From Chthoniobacteraceae bacterium (GTDB taxonomy: Bacteria > Verrucomicrobiota > Verrucomicrobiia > Chthoniobacterales > Chthoniobacteraceae), in assembly GCA_040081625.1 (NCBI GenBank), contig JBEBGD010000035.1, positions 1 to 47,918 of the forward strand: 47,918 nt of DNA, in the 5' to 3' direction. The notes beneath the pieces were generated by a model. That model made no database searches, was not told the origin of the DNA, and saw nothing but the letters and a program-made list of their open reading frames with translations. The first letter of the stretch is position 1. Every line of letters begins with the position of its first letter. Shown in pieces: positions 17,622 to 27,640 of the stretch. A program made the position numbers and the translations under genes.

Positions 17622-19358
17622 CTACCCGCGCCCGCACGCGCGCACCAGCGTGGCGATGCGCGCGGTTTGTTCGCGGATGATCAGGTCGCGGCGCCAGTCG
17701 GTCGCCGTGCCGTGCAGTCGGGTGCTCCAGTTCAAGCCGCTCACGGCGCCGGGCACGTTGAAGCGCTGCGTGGTCGCGAAGAGGTCGGTGATCATCAACA
17801 CCACCAGCCAGCTCTTGCACCGCATTAGCCCGTAGAGCAGCCGTTCGTGGATCGCGTCGCCCCACGGCGTGTGCTCGAACACTTTCAGATCGCACCACGC
17901 GGCGAGCGCTCGGACTTCGCGCCACGCCTGGTCGCGCGCGGGCCACGTCTCCGGGCCGCCGGATTCCGCGGCGTGGATCGTGAGCATCCACTTCTCCCAC
18001 ATCGCGCGGAGCGGCTCGTGATCGTGCGTGGCGTAGGTCGCGAGCGAGAGCCGCTCGTATTTCGCGCCATCGATGAGCCGGCCGTCGGGTTCGCATTCCC
18101 ACTGCGGGATCTTGAAGCCGGCGATGCCGAGCCGCGCGAGGCACGGGCGCACGTAGTCGGGCACGACGCCGAGGTCTTCGCCGATGAGCCGGTTCTCGCC
18201 GCACTCGTCGATGAGCACGCGCAGCAGCTCCTCGCCTTGCGCACAGTTGGCGGCCTTGTGCTCGTCGGTGTCGTCTTCGTGCGGAGTGAAGTGCGGGAGC
18301 TTCCCGCCAGTCAGCTCGCCGGCTTCCTCCTCGGTGAGCGGGAGGAATTCCTCGTTGCGCACCGGGCGCCACGGAAAGCTGTAGATGCGAAACACGCCGA
18401 GGATGTGATCGATGCGGAAGAGGTGGAAGATGTCGCGCACCTTGCGCACGCGCTGGCGCCACCACGCGTAGCCGTCGGCGCGATGCGCGTCCCAGCGGTA
18501 GAGCGGGATGCCCCAGTTCTGGCCCCACTTTTTCGTGAAGGCATCCACCTCGAGGATCTTTTCCGGCGGGCAGCCGCCGAACCATTCGAGGTCGAACATC
18601 CCCGGATTCGCCCACGCGTCGGCGGAGTAGAGCGAGACGCCGAATGGAATGTCGCCCATGAGCACGACGCCGCGCGACTCGGCATGCGCCTTCACTTCGC
18701 GCCACTGAGTCCACGCGATCCACTGCCGATACTGCACCTCGTGCAGCGCCCGCGCGAAGCGCTCCTGCTCCTCGCCCGGCAGCGTGGCGAGCCACTGCCA
18801 CGCGGTCACCGCATCGCGCTGATTCCCGGGCCACGTGTCCCACTGCTCCGAGCCGGCGTTTTCATCGATGAGCACGCGAAAGAGCGCAAAGTCATCGAGC
18901 CACGCGGACTCCTCGCGGCAGAAGCGGCGGAAGGCGCGCGCGCGCTCGTCGTTCGCGTGCAGGCTCGTGGCGGAGAAATTCGCAAAAGCGCGCGCGAGCA
19001 GGCGCAGCTTGAGCGGCTTGACGACGTTGTAGGCGACGGAGGTCTCGTGCAGCACGCGGGGGTCGATGCCATGCATCACCTCGCGCACGTCGGCCTCGCT
19101 GAGATCCGGCAGCGCCGCGGGTGTGAGCGTGATCGTGGTTGGGTCGATCGCGACGGAACTGATCGCGTTGTAAGGCGAATGATCGTTGCCGGTTTCATTG
19201 ATCGGCAGGAGTTGCACGAGCTTGAACGCGTGCTCGGCGGCCCAGTCGATGAACTCGCGCAGCGCCGCCGTATCGCCGATGCCGAGATCGCCCTCGCGCC
19301 GGAGCGCAAAGAGCGGAGCGAGCAGTCCAGCGATCGGTTTCTCGGGCGTCAACGTCAT
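17622..19358 (-). CDS. malQ: 4-alpha-glucanotransferase (amylomaltase, GH77)
   Basis: QLLPINE, SPYNAISS, LMGDIPFGV, GQNWGIPLYRW, FRIDHILG, IGEDLG, ATHDH, RFNVPG...NWSTRL. Start ATG 19358. Confidence 0.95.
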   Translation of the reverse strand: MTLTPEKPIAGLLAPLFALRREGDLGIGDTAALREFIDWAAEHAFKLVQLLPINETGNDHSPYNAISSVAIDPTTITLTPAALPDLSEADVREVMHGIDPRVLHETSVAYNVVKPLKLRLLARAFANFSATSLHANDERARAFRRFCREESAWLDDFALFRVLIDENAGSEQWDTWPGNQRDAVTAWQWLATLPGEEQERFARALHEVQYRQWIAWTQWREVKAHAESRGVVLMGDIPFGVSLYSADAWANPGMFDLEWFGGCPPEKILEVDAFTKKWGQNWGIPLYRWDAHRADGYAWWRQRVRKVRDIFHLFRIDHILGVFRIYSFPWRPVRNEEFLPLTEEEAGELTGGKLPHFTPHEDDTDEHKAANCAQGEELLRVLIDECGENRLIGEDLGVVPDYVRPCLARLGIAGFKIPQWECEPDGRLIDGAKYERLSLATYATHDHEPLRAMWEKWMLTIHAAESGGPETWPARDQAWREVRALAAWCDLKVFEHTPWGDAIHERLLYGLMRCKSWLVVLMITDLFATTQRFNVPGAVSGLNWSTRLHGTATDWRRDLIIREQTARIATLVRACGRG

Positions 19359-19415
19359 GAGCGCGCAGGAGGTAGTGGCCCTTGCCCCGCGAGGCAAGAC
19401 CAACGCCGCGAAAGC

Positions 19416-19610
19416 TCAGCAGCGCACCACGCAGTAGCCGAAATCCATCGTCTTCCCCGCCGGCGACTCCGCCACGATCAGCCCGGCCTTCACCAGCACG
19501 TCGAGATGCTTGCGATCGTTGTCGAAGTGCTTCGGATACGTCCCGCCGAGACCTCGAGCGAGGCGGAACTCGCCATCGGAAAGCCCGACGAGAATCCGTC
19601 GGATCGTTTT
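19416..19610 (-). pseudogene. Probable truncated ArsR-like winged-helix regulator remnant
   Basis: Reads IRRILVGLSDGEFRLARGLGG...RKHLDVLVKAGLIVAE...MDFGYCVVRC*, with the KHLxVLxxAGL helix of ArsR-type proteins. The wing looks shortened and there is no convincing start (nearest in-frame ATG 19694). Confidence 0.45.
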
Positions 19611-19713
19611 ATGCGAACCTCTTTCCTCTTTCGTTTCCCTCCAGATCGTTCGCTTAATGCAGAGCCGGGCGACTAGCGTGTGTTGCCGCCACATCAGACA
19701 GAAACAAAACACC

Positions 19714-19929
19714 ATGACCAAATCCGCGAAGTCCAAACTCATCAAGGCGAACACCATTTGCTGGCTCGGTAGTCTCATCCTGCCGCTCATTTTCCATTTC
19801 GGATTCGCGAGCACAAAGTTCCCATGGCCGGTGTTGCTCCCGGTTGCGTTCCTGCCGCTCATGCTGGCGTCCAACGGTCTGCTATCCAAGGCAGCCGGCG
19901 ACGCCTCGACCGATTCCACTTCAAAGTGA
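19714..19929 (+). CDS. Small 71-aa membrane protein with two hydrophobic segments
   Basis: MTKSAKSKLIKANTICWLGSLILPLIFHFG...WPVLLPVAFLPLMLAS; preceded by the A-rich leader gaaacaaaacacc. Confidence 0.6.
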   Translation: MTKSAKSKLIKANTICWLGSLILPLIFHFGFASTKFPWPVLLPVAFLPLMLASNGLLSKAAGDASTDSTSK

Positions 19930-20033
19930 TGTCGCCGAGTCGCCCGTGCCGGCTCCCGCGAGCAAAAGGTTGAACGCGGAGTGCATCGGGCGGACGTTCG
20001 GAATCGCGGCATCCGCCGCTCACAAAAGATTCC

Positions 20034-20062
20034 TGAATCTTTTCCGCCCGCCCCAAGTCTCA
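20034..20062 (+). promoter_or_regulatory. Putative ECF-sigma-type promoter TGAAT-N18-GTCTCA
   Basis: Similar motif and distance to the ATG as upstream of the paralogous DUF6600 gene (5122-5149). Confidence 0.45.
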
Positions 20063-20075
20063 TCGACCGCATCCC

Positions 20076-21932
20076 ATGAAAACCAAACTGCTGCTGCTGG
20101 CTCTCGCCTTCTCCACTCTCGCTCCGCTGAGCGCGCGGGCCGAGGTGGAAGTCTCCTTCGACTACTTCTACGACAATCTCTCCCCCTACGGCGATTGGCT
20201 CGAGGTGGGCGAATACGGCAACTGCTGGCGGCCGCGCGACGTGGAGGAGGACTGGTCGCCTTACACCGACGGCTACTGGTCCTACACCGACGCGGGCTGG
20301 ACGTGGATCAGCTACGAGGATTTTGGGGACATCGTTTACCACTACGGGCGCTGGGTGCGGGTGAATGACGTGGGCTGGTGCTGGGTGCCGGACACCGACT
20401 GGGGCCCGGCCTGGGTGTCGTGGCGCAAAACCGACGATCACATCGGCTGGGCGCCGCTGCCGCCCGAGGCGCGCTGGCGTGCGAGCGTGGGCATCAGCGT
20501 CTGGTCGGACGAGCGCTACGACATCGGCCCGAGCTATTACAACTTCTGCCCGATCGTCGATTTCGGCGCCGTCTTGATCCGCCCGGTGTGCGTGCCGCGG
20601 GCTCGCGTGATCTCGCTCTTTGGTGGCTCGGTGAACATCACCAACATCAGCTACAACAGTTACGGGCGTCACGTCTTCTGCGGGGGACCGGACTACGGCT
20701 ACATCAATCGCTATTCGCACCGCCAGGTGCCCGCGCTCAAGCTTGTGCAGAACACGACGATCATTAACAACAACGTCACGATCATCAACAACCAGCGCGT
20801 CGTGCGTCCGCAGCGCAACGCGGTGGCGGGCAATACGCTCCAGGTCTTCGCGCCGACAGTCATCAACAAGGGCGGCGCCAAAGCGATCCGGCCGCCGGCC
20901 GCGAAAGTCATCGGCAAGCCGCAGTTCGACAAGGGCTGGGCGGGCGTAAAGGACCCCGTCGAACTCAGGAAGATGCGCGAGAAAGTGAAGACCGACACCA
21001 AGGGGCTCACGCCCGAAACCGCGCCGGCCAGGGCCGTGCAGGTGACCGATCTCAAGCCCTTGCCCGAGAAAGCCGACGCGAAGGCGCAGTCGCCCGTGAA
21101 AGTGGCGCCACGTCCGGGCAAGGCAGGCAAGGAGAAGCCGGTCGCGGTGTTGCCGCCGGAGACGCAACCCGGCGCGACTCCCGGCGGAACGTCGGACAAA
21201 GGCAGGCCCGTCAAGCCCTCGGTATTGCCCGCCGAGCGGCCGGGCAAGGTCGCTGTCGATCAACCTGACAAACCCGCGAAGTCCGTGACGCTCCCACCCG
21301 CGGACAGACCCGAGAAGACCGTCACCAAAGCCGGCAAGCCAGCGCGGCCCGAGATCGCTCCGATGCCAGCCCGGCCGACGACCACGGGCACGCCGCTCAA
21401 GAAACCCTTTCGCCAAAACGTGACGCCCGTGACGCCGGAAGCACCGGCACGCATTCAGCCAGTCGCGCCCGTGAAGACAGACCGGAAGAGCCCGGATAGA
21501 GATGCCATCGCGCGCCAGCGGCTGGACGCCGAATCCGGCCAGCGCCGCATGGCCGAACAAGCCGACCGTCAACGCCAGGCTGCCATTGAATCGCAACAGC
21601 GCGCAGCGAAGGCGCAAAGCCAGCAGCGTCCGCCGCAAGTGCAGCCGAAACCGGAATACCAGCGTCCTCCGCAAGTGCAGCCGAAGCCACAGATGCAGCG
21701 TCCGCCGCAGGCGCAACCGAAGCAGCAATACCAGCCGCGCCCGCAGATTCAGCCGAAGCCGCAACCGCAGCCGAAGCCGCAATACCAGCCGCGCCCGCAG
21801 TCGCAGCCGAAGCCGCAAATCCAACCGCGCCCGCAGCCGCAGCCGCAAATGCCGCCGACCCGCGTAAGCCCCGGCGCCGGTCAGCTCACGCCTGAGCAGA
21901 TCGAGGCGATGAAGAAGAAGCGCGGGAAGTGA
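20076..21932 (+). CDS. Secreted DUF6600-type domain protein with Pro/Gln-rich repeat tail
   Basis: Signal peptide MKTKLLLLALAFSTLAPLSARA; FYDNLSPYGDW...YHYGRW...WVPDTDWGPAWVSWR...GWAPLPP. Confidence 0.9.
   Translation: MKTKLLLLALAFSTLAPLSARAEVEVSFDYFYDNLSPYGDWLEVGEYGNCWRPRDVEEDWSPYTDGYWSYTDAGWTWISYEDFGDIVYHYGRWVRVNDVGWCWVPDTDWGPAWVSWRKTDDHIGWAPLPPEARWRASVGISVWSDERYDIGPSYYNFCPIVDFGAVLIRPVCVPRARVISLFGGSVNITNISYNSYGRHVFCGGPDYGYINRYSHRQVPALKLVQNTTIINNNVTIINNQRVVRPQRNAVAGNTLQVFAPTVINKGGAKAIRPPAAKVIGKPQFDKGWAGVKDPVELRKMREKVKTDTKGLTPETAPARAVQVTDLKPLPEKADAKAQSPVKVAPRPGKAGKEKPVAVLPPETQPGATPGGTSDKGRPVKPSVLPAERPGKVAVDQPDKPAKSVTLPPADRPEKTVTKAGKPARPEIAPMPARPTTTGTPLKKPFRQNVTPVTPEAPARIQPVAPVKTDRKSPDRDAIARQRLDAESGQRRMAEQADRQRQAAIESQQRAAKAQSQQRPPQVQPKPEYQRPPQVQPKPQMQRPPQAQPKQQYQPRPQIQPKPQPQPKPQYQPRPQSQPKPQIQPRPQPQPQMPPTRVSPGAGQLTPEQIEAMKKKRGK
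21624..21848 (+). repeat. Degenerate ~36-bp coding tandem repeat (QRPPQVQPKPxx / QPRPQxQPKPQx)
   Basis: cagcgtcc(g/t)ccgca(a/g)g... three times, then ca(g/a)ccgcgcccgcag... three times. Confidence 0.85.
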
Positions 21933-21989
21933 CGTGCCCCGGCGGATCAATTCCGCGCCAGCAACGGCCAAGTTTTGATTCGGACGACG

Positions 21990-23147
21990 CTACTGCGCGT
22001 CGAGGCTGGCCTGCGCGACGGCGATGTATTCGAGGATCCGCGCCCTTTGCGCACCAGTGAGCTTCGCGCGAGCGGCCATGCCGCCGACCGCGCGCTCCCA
22101 TGCGCTGAGAGAACGCGAATCGAGTAGTTCGAGATCGTGGCACTCGGTGCAACGCGTGGTGTAGAGCTGTCTCCCCTCCTCGATCGCCGCGCGCGGCGCA
22201 CCTTTCGCGAGCGCGAGCATCGCCGTGGAGAGCGGTGGCGACGTGCGCTCCTCGAAGGCTCCCTGCATTTCCTTTTTCAGCGCGACCAGCTTTGGATGAT
22301 CGGCGCACGCCTTCAACCCCATCTCGATCGCGGTGAGTGCATGGATGGTCCCCTTCTCGAAGCGACGCATCGAGTTCGCCGACTTGAAGCGCTCGTCCGC
22401 CTCGGCGACATCGCGCCCGACGTTCGCGAGAAAGGCCTTCAACTCCGGCCGTGCGGGCTCGGCCTTCAATCCCGTCTCGATCAAACCCTGCGCCTCGAAC
22501 ATCCGATGCGACGCCACGGCCTGCCGGCAGCGCGCAACGGCGCGCGTCGCCAGGGAAGCGCGCTGCGCAACGGATCCACGATCGATCATCGTGGCCGGCG
22601 TCGCGCCGAGCCGGTCGGCGCCTTCGTCGATCGCGAGCGCGAGCGTGGCGTGGCCGAGTTTCTCGAGCTGCGCGGCGGATTCGCGCAATCCCTGGATGGC
22701 ATTCGGGAGCGTGGACGGCGTGCGGGCCGCGGCGACCGCGACGGTGATTCGCGCCAGAAGCGTGGACGCGAGCTGCTGCCACTCCGCATCCTGGGTCGCG
22801 CGCCCGAGCAGGCGCTTCGCCTCGTCGTAGCGCTGGCCGCGAAACGCCTCGGCGCCATCGAGCAGATCGAGCCAGCCGGTGCGGGGACTCGCCTCGACCG
22901 CATCGTCGGGCAGCGTCACCGCGATCAACGCGTCCGACTTGTAATAGGCGAGAAAGACGACGCGCTTAATCACGTCGTGCTTGAGCACATTCAACTCCTG
23001 GCCTTTCGCCGCGCCGACGAGATCGTCACCCTTGAACTGCAGCATCTCGCCGCGCGTCAGGCGGACGAGTTCACCAGCGGAGAATGCCGCGACGGCGCGT
23101 CCGTGCCCGAGCACGCAGAGGGCGAGAAGGAGGGCGAGATAGCGCAT
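21990..23147 (-). CDS. Secreted helical (TPR-like) protein with a C-terminal c-type heme domain
   Basis: Signal peptide; EEGRQLYTTRCTECHDLE heme motif with a downstream W...M (candidate distal ligand). Confidence 0.8.
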   Translation of the reverse strand: MRYLALLLALCVLGHGRAVAAFSAGELVRLTRGEMLQFKGDDLVGAAKGQELNVLKHDVIKRVVFLAYYKSDALIAVTLPDDAVEASPRTGWLDLLDGAEAFRGQRYDEAKRLLGRATQDAEWQQLASTLLARITVAVAAARTPSTLPNAIQGLRESAAQLEKLGHATLALAIDEGADRLGATPATMIDRGSVAQRASLATRAVARCRQAVASHRMFEAQGLIETGLKAEPARPELKAFLANVGRDVAEADERFKSANSMRRFEKGTIHALTAIEMGLKACADHPKLVALKKEMQGAFEERTSPPLSTAMLALAKGAPRAAIEEGRQLYTTRCTECHDLELLDSRSLSAWERAVGGMAARAKLTGAQRARILEYIAVAQASLDAQ

Positions 23148-23199
23148 CGCTGGAGTGATCCTGCGAAATCGGCCGCGATCAAGCGCCGTGTGCGAGCCG

Positions 23200-26100
23200 C
23201 TATTTCTTGTGCGGATGCTCCTTCAGGATCTCCTCGACCATGTAGAAGTTCACGCGGTCCTTGGTGGCTTCGCGCACTTTCTTCACGGCGGCGGGCGTGA
23301 TGAACTCGCCGTCGTTGCCGAAGGACTGGCGCACGTAGCTGAGCACGGCGGCGAGTTCGTCGTCGTTGAGCAGGCCGGCAAATCCCATCATCGGCGGCAC
23401 GCCCTTGGTTGGGTCGAACTTCACGCCGTTGACCTCGATCGGTCCCCACAGGCCCTTGAGCGCGATCTTGATGAGCCGCTCGTCGTTGTCGATCCACTCG
23501 CTCTTGCCGAGCATAGGATAGATGTTCGGGATGCCCTGACCGTTCGGCTGGTGGCAAGTCGCGCAGTGAGCGTCGCGGGTGAAGACGGACTTGCCCAAGT
23601 CGTAGATTTTCTTCTGCGGGCCCCTGAGCTTGCGCGTGGGGCCGTAGCTCATTTCCTCGGCGGACTTCGCGGCTGCTTCGATCTTGAACGTGCCCGCAAG
23701 ATAACCAGCGGCGTTGGGATTCGCGGTGAGGTCGAGCCTGCCGGCCTTCTGTAGCGCCGCGATGTCGTCCTTGAGCGTGTGCTTGAGGATGAAGTCGGTG
23801 ACCGGTCCCATCCAGCGATCGAGCGGCAGCTTGAGCGCCTCGAGAGCGATGCGCGCGCCGTCGGCGTTGTCGAGCCACGATGCGGCGACGATGGCCTCGA
23901 GGCGGACGCGGCCATGCGCGTCGCGCGCGGCTTGCGTGAGCAGCGCGGTGGCGTTCGGGATTTTGTCGTGCGCGAAGCGGAGCACGCTCGCAGCGGCGGC
24001 GCGCGTCTCGTGCTTCTGCGAGGTGAGACATTGCTGGAGCAGGCCGGAGTCCGGCTGGTTCTGCGCCCATGTGGCCCAGAGCGCCTCGCAGAGGTGGTGC
24101 TCGTAGTTCGGGTCGGCCTTGTCGAGCTTCGCGGCCCACGCTTTCACCGCGGGGATGACTTCACTCGCGGGCCGTCCGCGCAACTCGCGCCGTGTGCGGG
24201 AGCGCGTGCGATACTCGGGCAGTTTCAGGTTCTCCAGCAGCCCGGGTATGCTCGCGCCGGCGACCTTCGCGGGCTTCACGAGCGGGCGCGCGGGATAGGT
24301 AATGCGGTAGATGCGGCCGTGATCGTGGTCGCGGTTCGGGTCCCGAGCGTTGTGCTGCATGTGGCCGATGAGCGGGTTGTGCCAGTCGATGAGATAGAGC
24401 GAGCCATCCGGTGCGAACTCGAGATCGACCGGGCGGAAGTTTCCATCCGACGATGAGATCAGATCGCCATTCGCGGTGCCGATGTAGCCGGCGCCATCGT
24501 CCTTCGGCTTGCCGAAGCTGATGCCGAGGAAACCGATCGAGTTGCAGATCATGAAGTCGCCCTGCTGCGCGTCGGGGAAGTGGCGCGACGACACGAACTC
24601 CGCGCCGCTCGTGGGCCGCGAACGCTTCGGCACGAACTGCTCGACCTTCGGAATCTCGATCCCGTAAGGCATCTTCGCCGAGACCGGCAGGCCCCACCAA
24701 TTCTCGCCGGGCGACGCATCCGAGATGTGGCACTGCTCCCAGTAGTTGAACGAGATACCCCACGGATTCGAGTAGTCGGCCTGGCTGTAACGCTCGAGGC
24801 GGAAATTCTTCGGATCGAATCGCCACACGCCGCCGTCATTCACGCGCCGCGGACCGTAGGGCGTCTCGACTTGCGAATGCAGGAAGCGGCCTTCGCTGAG
24901 ATAGAACGCGCCGCTCGCATCCGCGCAATAGGCCGAAATCGCGTGATGCGTGTCGTGCGTGTCGAAGCCGTGCATCAGGATCTCCATGCGATCCGCGCGG
25001 TCGTCTTTGTTGTCGTCGATGAGCAGGCAGAGGTTCGGCTCCTGCGAGACATAGACACCTTCCGGCGCGATCTCGAAGCCGATGGGCAGATGCAGCTTGT
25101 CGGCGAAGACAGTCTGCTTGTCCGCGCGTCCGTCGCCGTTCGTGTCCTCGAGGATGATCAGTTTGTCATTCGGCATCGCGTCGCCGGGGCGGTAGTGCGG
25201 ATATGTCGGCATCACCGCGACCCAGAGCCGGCCTTTGTTGTCGAAGGACATCTGCACCGGATTCTTGAGATCGGGGAAATCCGACTCCGCGGCGAACAGC
25301 TCGACCTTGTATCCCGGCGCCATGGTGAAGGTCTTGAGCGCTTCGGCGGCGGTCTTGTAGTCCGTGCTGCCCATCTTCCCCTTGTCGTCCTTGACCGCGA
25401 AATTCGTCGGCACCGGCGGCAGCGGATGCGTCTTCGAATCATCGACCGTGAGATCGGTCTTCTTCCCGGTCGCGACATCGTTGATCAGCGCGTCGCGCAG
25501 CGCCGCCATCTCGCGCGTTTTCTTCACCTCGTCGGGGTAATTCTGCGGCCCGTAAGGATTGTAACGCTGACCGTGGGTGTGGACGCCGTTGACGAGGTTG
25601 TAGTCGTTGTTCCAAAACCAATCCTTCTGCAGCACCGCCGCGTGAACCTTGGCAGGATCAGCCTTCGACTGCCGCGACTGATGGCCGAACATCCCCGTCG
25701 AGAGCATCGCGCCGAGTTCCTGATACGCAGCCTCCGTCGGCGCAAAGCCGTTGATCGTAAAAGGCTCCTTCGCCTTCGCGTAAGCGGCCTTCGTCTGCGT
25801 GAAGAAGTCGATGAACGTGAGCCCGTGCTTCTTCGCGACGCGCTCCATCGCGGCGGAGTAGAGCGCGAGGTTTGCGTTCTCCTTTTCGCCATTCGGCAGG
25901 TCGCGTTTTGCGGAGAGATTCTCAAACGCGATCGGCGAGACGAGCACGAGCCGCGGCGCGGCCTTTCCGTTGTAGGCCTTGCTCAGCGTGTGCTTCACGA
26001 AGGCCTCAAGCTCCGCCTCGTAGTTCGCCGCGCGATCGGGTCCATCGAACGATTCGTTCAACCCGAAAAACGCTACGACCGTGTCCGCCTTCAAAAACGT

Positions 26101-27579
26101 CAGCCACTGATCCGGCGTCGGGAAGAATCCCTTACCGTTGTGCTGCGCGAGCCCGGGATGAAACTTCTCCGCGCCCGGAAACGCCCACTGCGACGCGCGC
26201 GACGGGTGCGGACGGAAGCCCGGCGTGTCGCCCGGCCGGCCCATGTTGCGCACCCACAGCTTCTGCTCCGGGTAGCGCAGATGCAGTTCCGTCTCCATCC
26301 GGCTGAAATACACGTCGCGCTCCGCGAGCCCGTTCCCGATGAAGACGATGCGCTCGCCGGCTGCGGGCGGCGCGACCACTTGCGCACGTGCGGTCGTCGC
26401 AGCAGGCGGCTCGGCATTCGGCGCGTGCGGCGCAACACCACCGCTGTTGTCCGGCCGGGATTTCCCTTTCGGATTCGCCTTCTCCGCGCGCTCCGCGGCA
26501 ACGTCCTTCGCCTTCGCCGCGCCCTTCGGTTTTGCTCCGCCGGCCGGCTTGGGTTCCGGCGTATTGGGTTTGTCCGCCGCCATGATCGGCGACGTCCATC
26601 CCGCGAGATCGAGCGGCTTCACCCCGCGCCGATAACCGCCGTTTCGATAGGTGGAAGGATTGTATGGACCCACGAGCGCGACCTGCAGATCGGGCTTGAT
26701 GTCGCCTTCCATTCCCGCCGCCCACAAGCACGCGTTCACGAGCATCCGCCGATAGCCCTCGTTGAGAAAATCCTCCGACGCGCCGTAGAGCGACGTGAAA
26801 ACGCGCGCGGTCTTGCCGCTGGCCGACTTGTAAGTGCGCGTCCATTCCGACGGCTGCGGCGGCTTGGTCGCATCGGCGGGCGAATCGGGTGTCATGCCGT
26901 TGAGCGGCTGCGCCATCGTGAGGATCTCGCCGTTGACCGGCTTCCCGACGTAGCCGCCGCATTGCACCCACACGTCCTTCACGCCGCGCAGGATCGGATG
27001 GCCCTTCTTTTCGTCGATGATCGTGATGCGCGTGCTTTGCTGATGATTCCTCCCGTAGTGGCCGACCCAGGACTGACCGAGCACCTGATGGCCGAAGCCA
27101 GTGAGATAGTCGTCGCCTTTGTAATCCCACGAATATTTCGCGAACGGGCTATCGCCGGGAATCTTGAACGCATGCGTCGCCGTGCGCAGCCCGACCACCG
27201 GCCCGCCTCGGTCGAGATACGCGATGAAGTGCTTCATCTGCTCCGCCGGGAACGACTGGAAGCGGAGGAACACGACCGCGAGGTCCGCGGAAGCGAGCGC
27301 TTCCATGCCGGGCATGTTCGAGTTGCCGGGCACGATCTCGCCCGTCGCCGCGTCCACGTTGAAAAGCACCGTGCATTTGAAACCCTGATGCTTCGCGAGC
27401 ATCCGCGCGAGCGCGGGCAAAGTTTCCTCCGAGCGATACTCGTGGTCGCCCGCGAGGAAAACGATGTGCTTGCCCTTGCCGGGACCAGCGTCGCCTTCAT
27501 ACACGAGCGGGCTCGCCGCACGGGCTGGGAGCAGGGCGACAAGGCTGAGGACGATGGCGAGGAATGATTTCAGGATCAT
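23200..27579 (-). CDS. PVC-type heme-binding (CxxCH) multidomain protein: ThuA-like + SGNH-like + beta-propeller dehydrogenase-like + HEAT + cytochrome c
   Basis: VFLAGDHEYRSEE; IVFIGNGLAE; NPVQMSFDNKGRLWV, FRPVDLEFAPDGSLYLIDWHNPLIGH; HCATCHQPNGQG; signal peptide. Confidence 0.9.
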   Translation of the reverse strand: MILKSFLAIVLSLVALLPARAASPLVYEGDAGPGKGKHIVFLAGDHEYRSEETLPALARMLAKHQGFKCTVLFNVDAATGEIVPGNSNMPGMEALASADLAVVFLRFQSFPAEQMKHFIAYLDRGGPVVGLRTATHAFKIPGDSPFAKYSWDYKGDDYLTGFGHQVLGQSWVGHYGRNHQQSTRITIIDEKKGHPILRGVKDVWVQCGGYVGKPVNGEILTMAQPLNGMTPDSPADATKPPQPSEWTRTYKSASGKTARVFTSLYGASEDFLNEGYRRMLVNACLWAAGMEGDIKPDLQVALVGPYNPSTYRNGGYRRGVKPLDLAGWTSPIMAADKPNTPEPKPAGGAKPKGAAKAKDVAAERAEKANPKGKSRPDNSGGVAPHAPNAEPPAATTARAQVVAPPAAGERIVFIGNGLAERDVYFSRMETELHLRYPEQKLWVRNMGRPGDTPGFRPHPSRASQWAFPGAEKFHPGLAQHNGKGFFPTPDQWLTFLKADTVVAFFGLNESFDGPDRAANYEAELEAFVKHTLSKAYNGKAAPRLVLVSPIAFENLSAKRDLPNGEKENANLALYSAAMERVAKKHGLTFIDFFTQTKAAYAKAKEPFTINGFAPTEAAYQELGAMLSTGMFGHQSRQSKADPAKVHAAVLQKDWFWNNDYNLVNGVHTHGQRYNPYGPQNYPDEVKKTREMAALRDALINDVATGKKTDLTVDDSKTHPLPPVPTNFAVKDDKGKMGSTDYKTAAEALKTFTMAPGYKVELFAAESDFPDLKNPVQMSFDNKGRLWVAVMPTYPHYRPGDAMPNDKLIILEDTNGDGRADKQTVFADKLHLPIGFEIAPEGVYVSQEPNLCLLIDDNKDDRADRMEILMHGFDTHDTHHAISAYCADASGAFYLSEGRFLHSQVETPYGPRRVNDGGVWRFDPKNFRLERYSQADYSNPWGISFNYWEQCHISDASPGENWWGLPVSAKMPYGIEIPKVEQFVPKRSRPTSGAEFVSSRHFPDAQQGDFMICNSIGFLGISFGKPKDDGAGYIGTANGDLISSSDGNFRPVDLEFAPDGSLYLIDWHNPLIGHMQHNARDPNRDHDHGRIYRITYPARPLVKPAKVAGASIPGLLENLKLPEYRTRSRTRRELRGRPASEVIPAVKAWAAKLDKADPNYEHHLCEALWATWAQNQPDSGLLQQCLTSQKHETRAAAASVLRFAHDKIPNATALLTQAARDAHGRVRLEAIVAASWLDNADGARIALEALKLPLDRWMGPVTDFILKHTLKDDIAALQKAGRLDLTANPNAAGYLAGTFKIEAAAKSAEEMSYGPTRKLRGPQKKIYDLGKSVFTRDAHCATCHQPNGQGIPNIYPMLGKSEWIDNDERLIKIALKGLWGPIEVNGVKFDPTKGVPPMMGFAGLLNDDELAAVLSYVRQSFGNDGEFITPAAVKKVREATKDRVNFYMVEEILKEHPHKK

Positions 27580-27640
27580 GGAGGGTTCTATTTCGGGGTT
27601 TTGATTGCTGCAAACTGCACGGAAGTCGCGCTGGCGCGAC

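Noticed and set aside
19416..21971. 851-aa minus-strand ORF with RLRL repeats
   Set aside because: Antisense of the DUF6600 gene and its PQ repeats; only the last ~65 codons look protein-like and are reported as an ArsR-like remnant.
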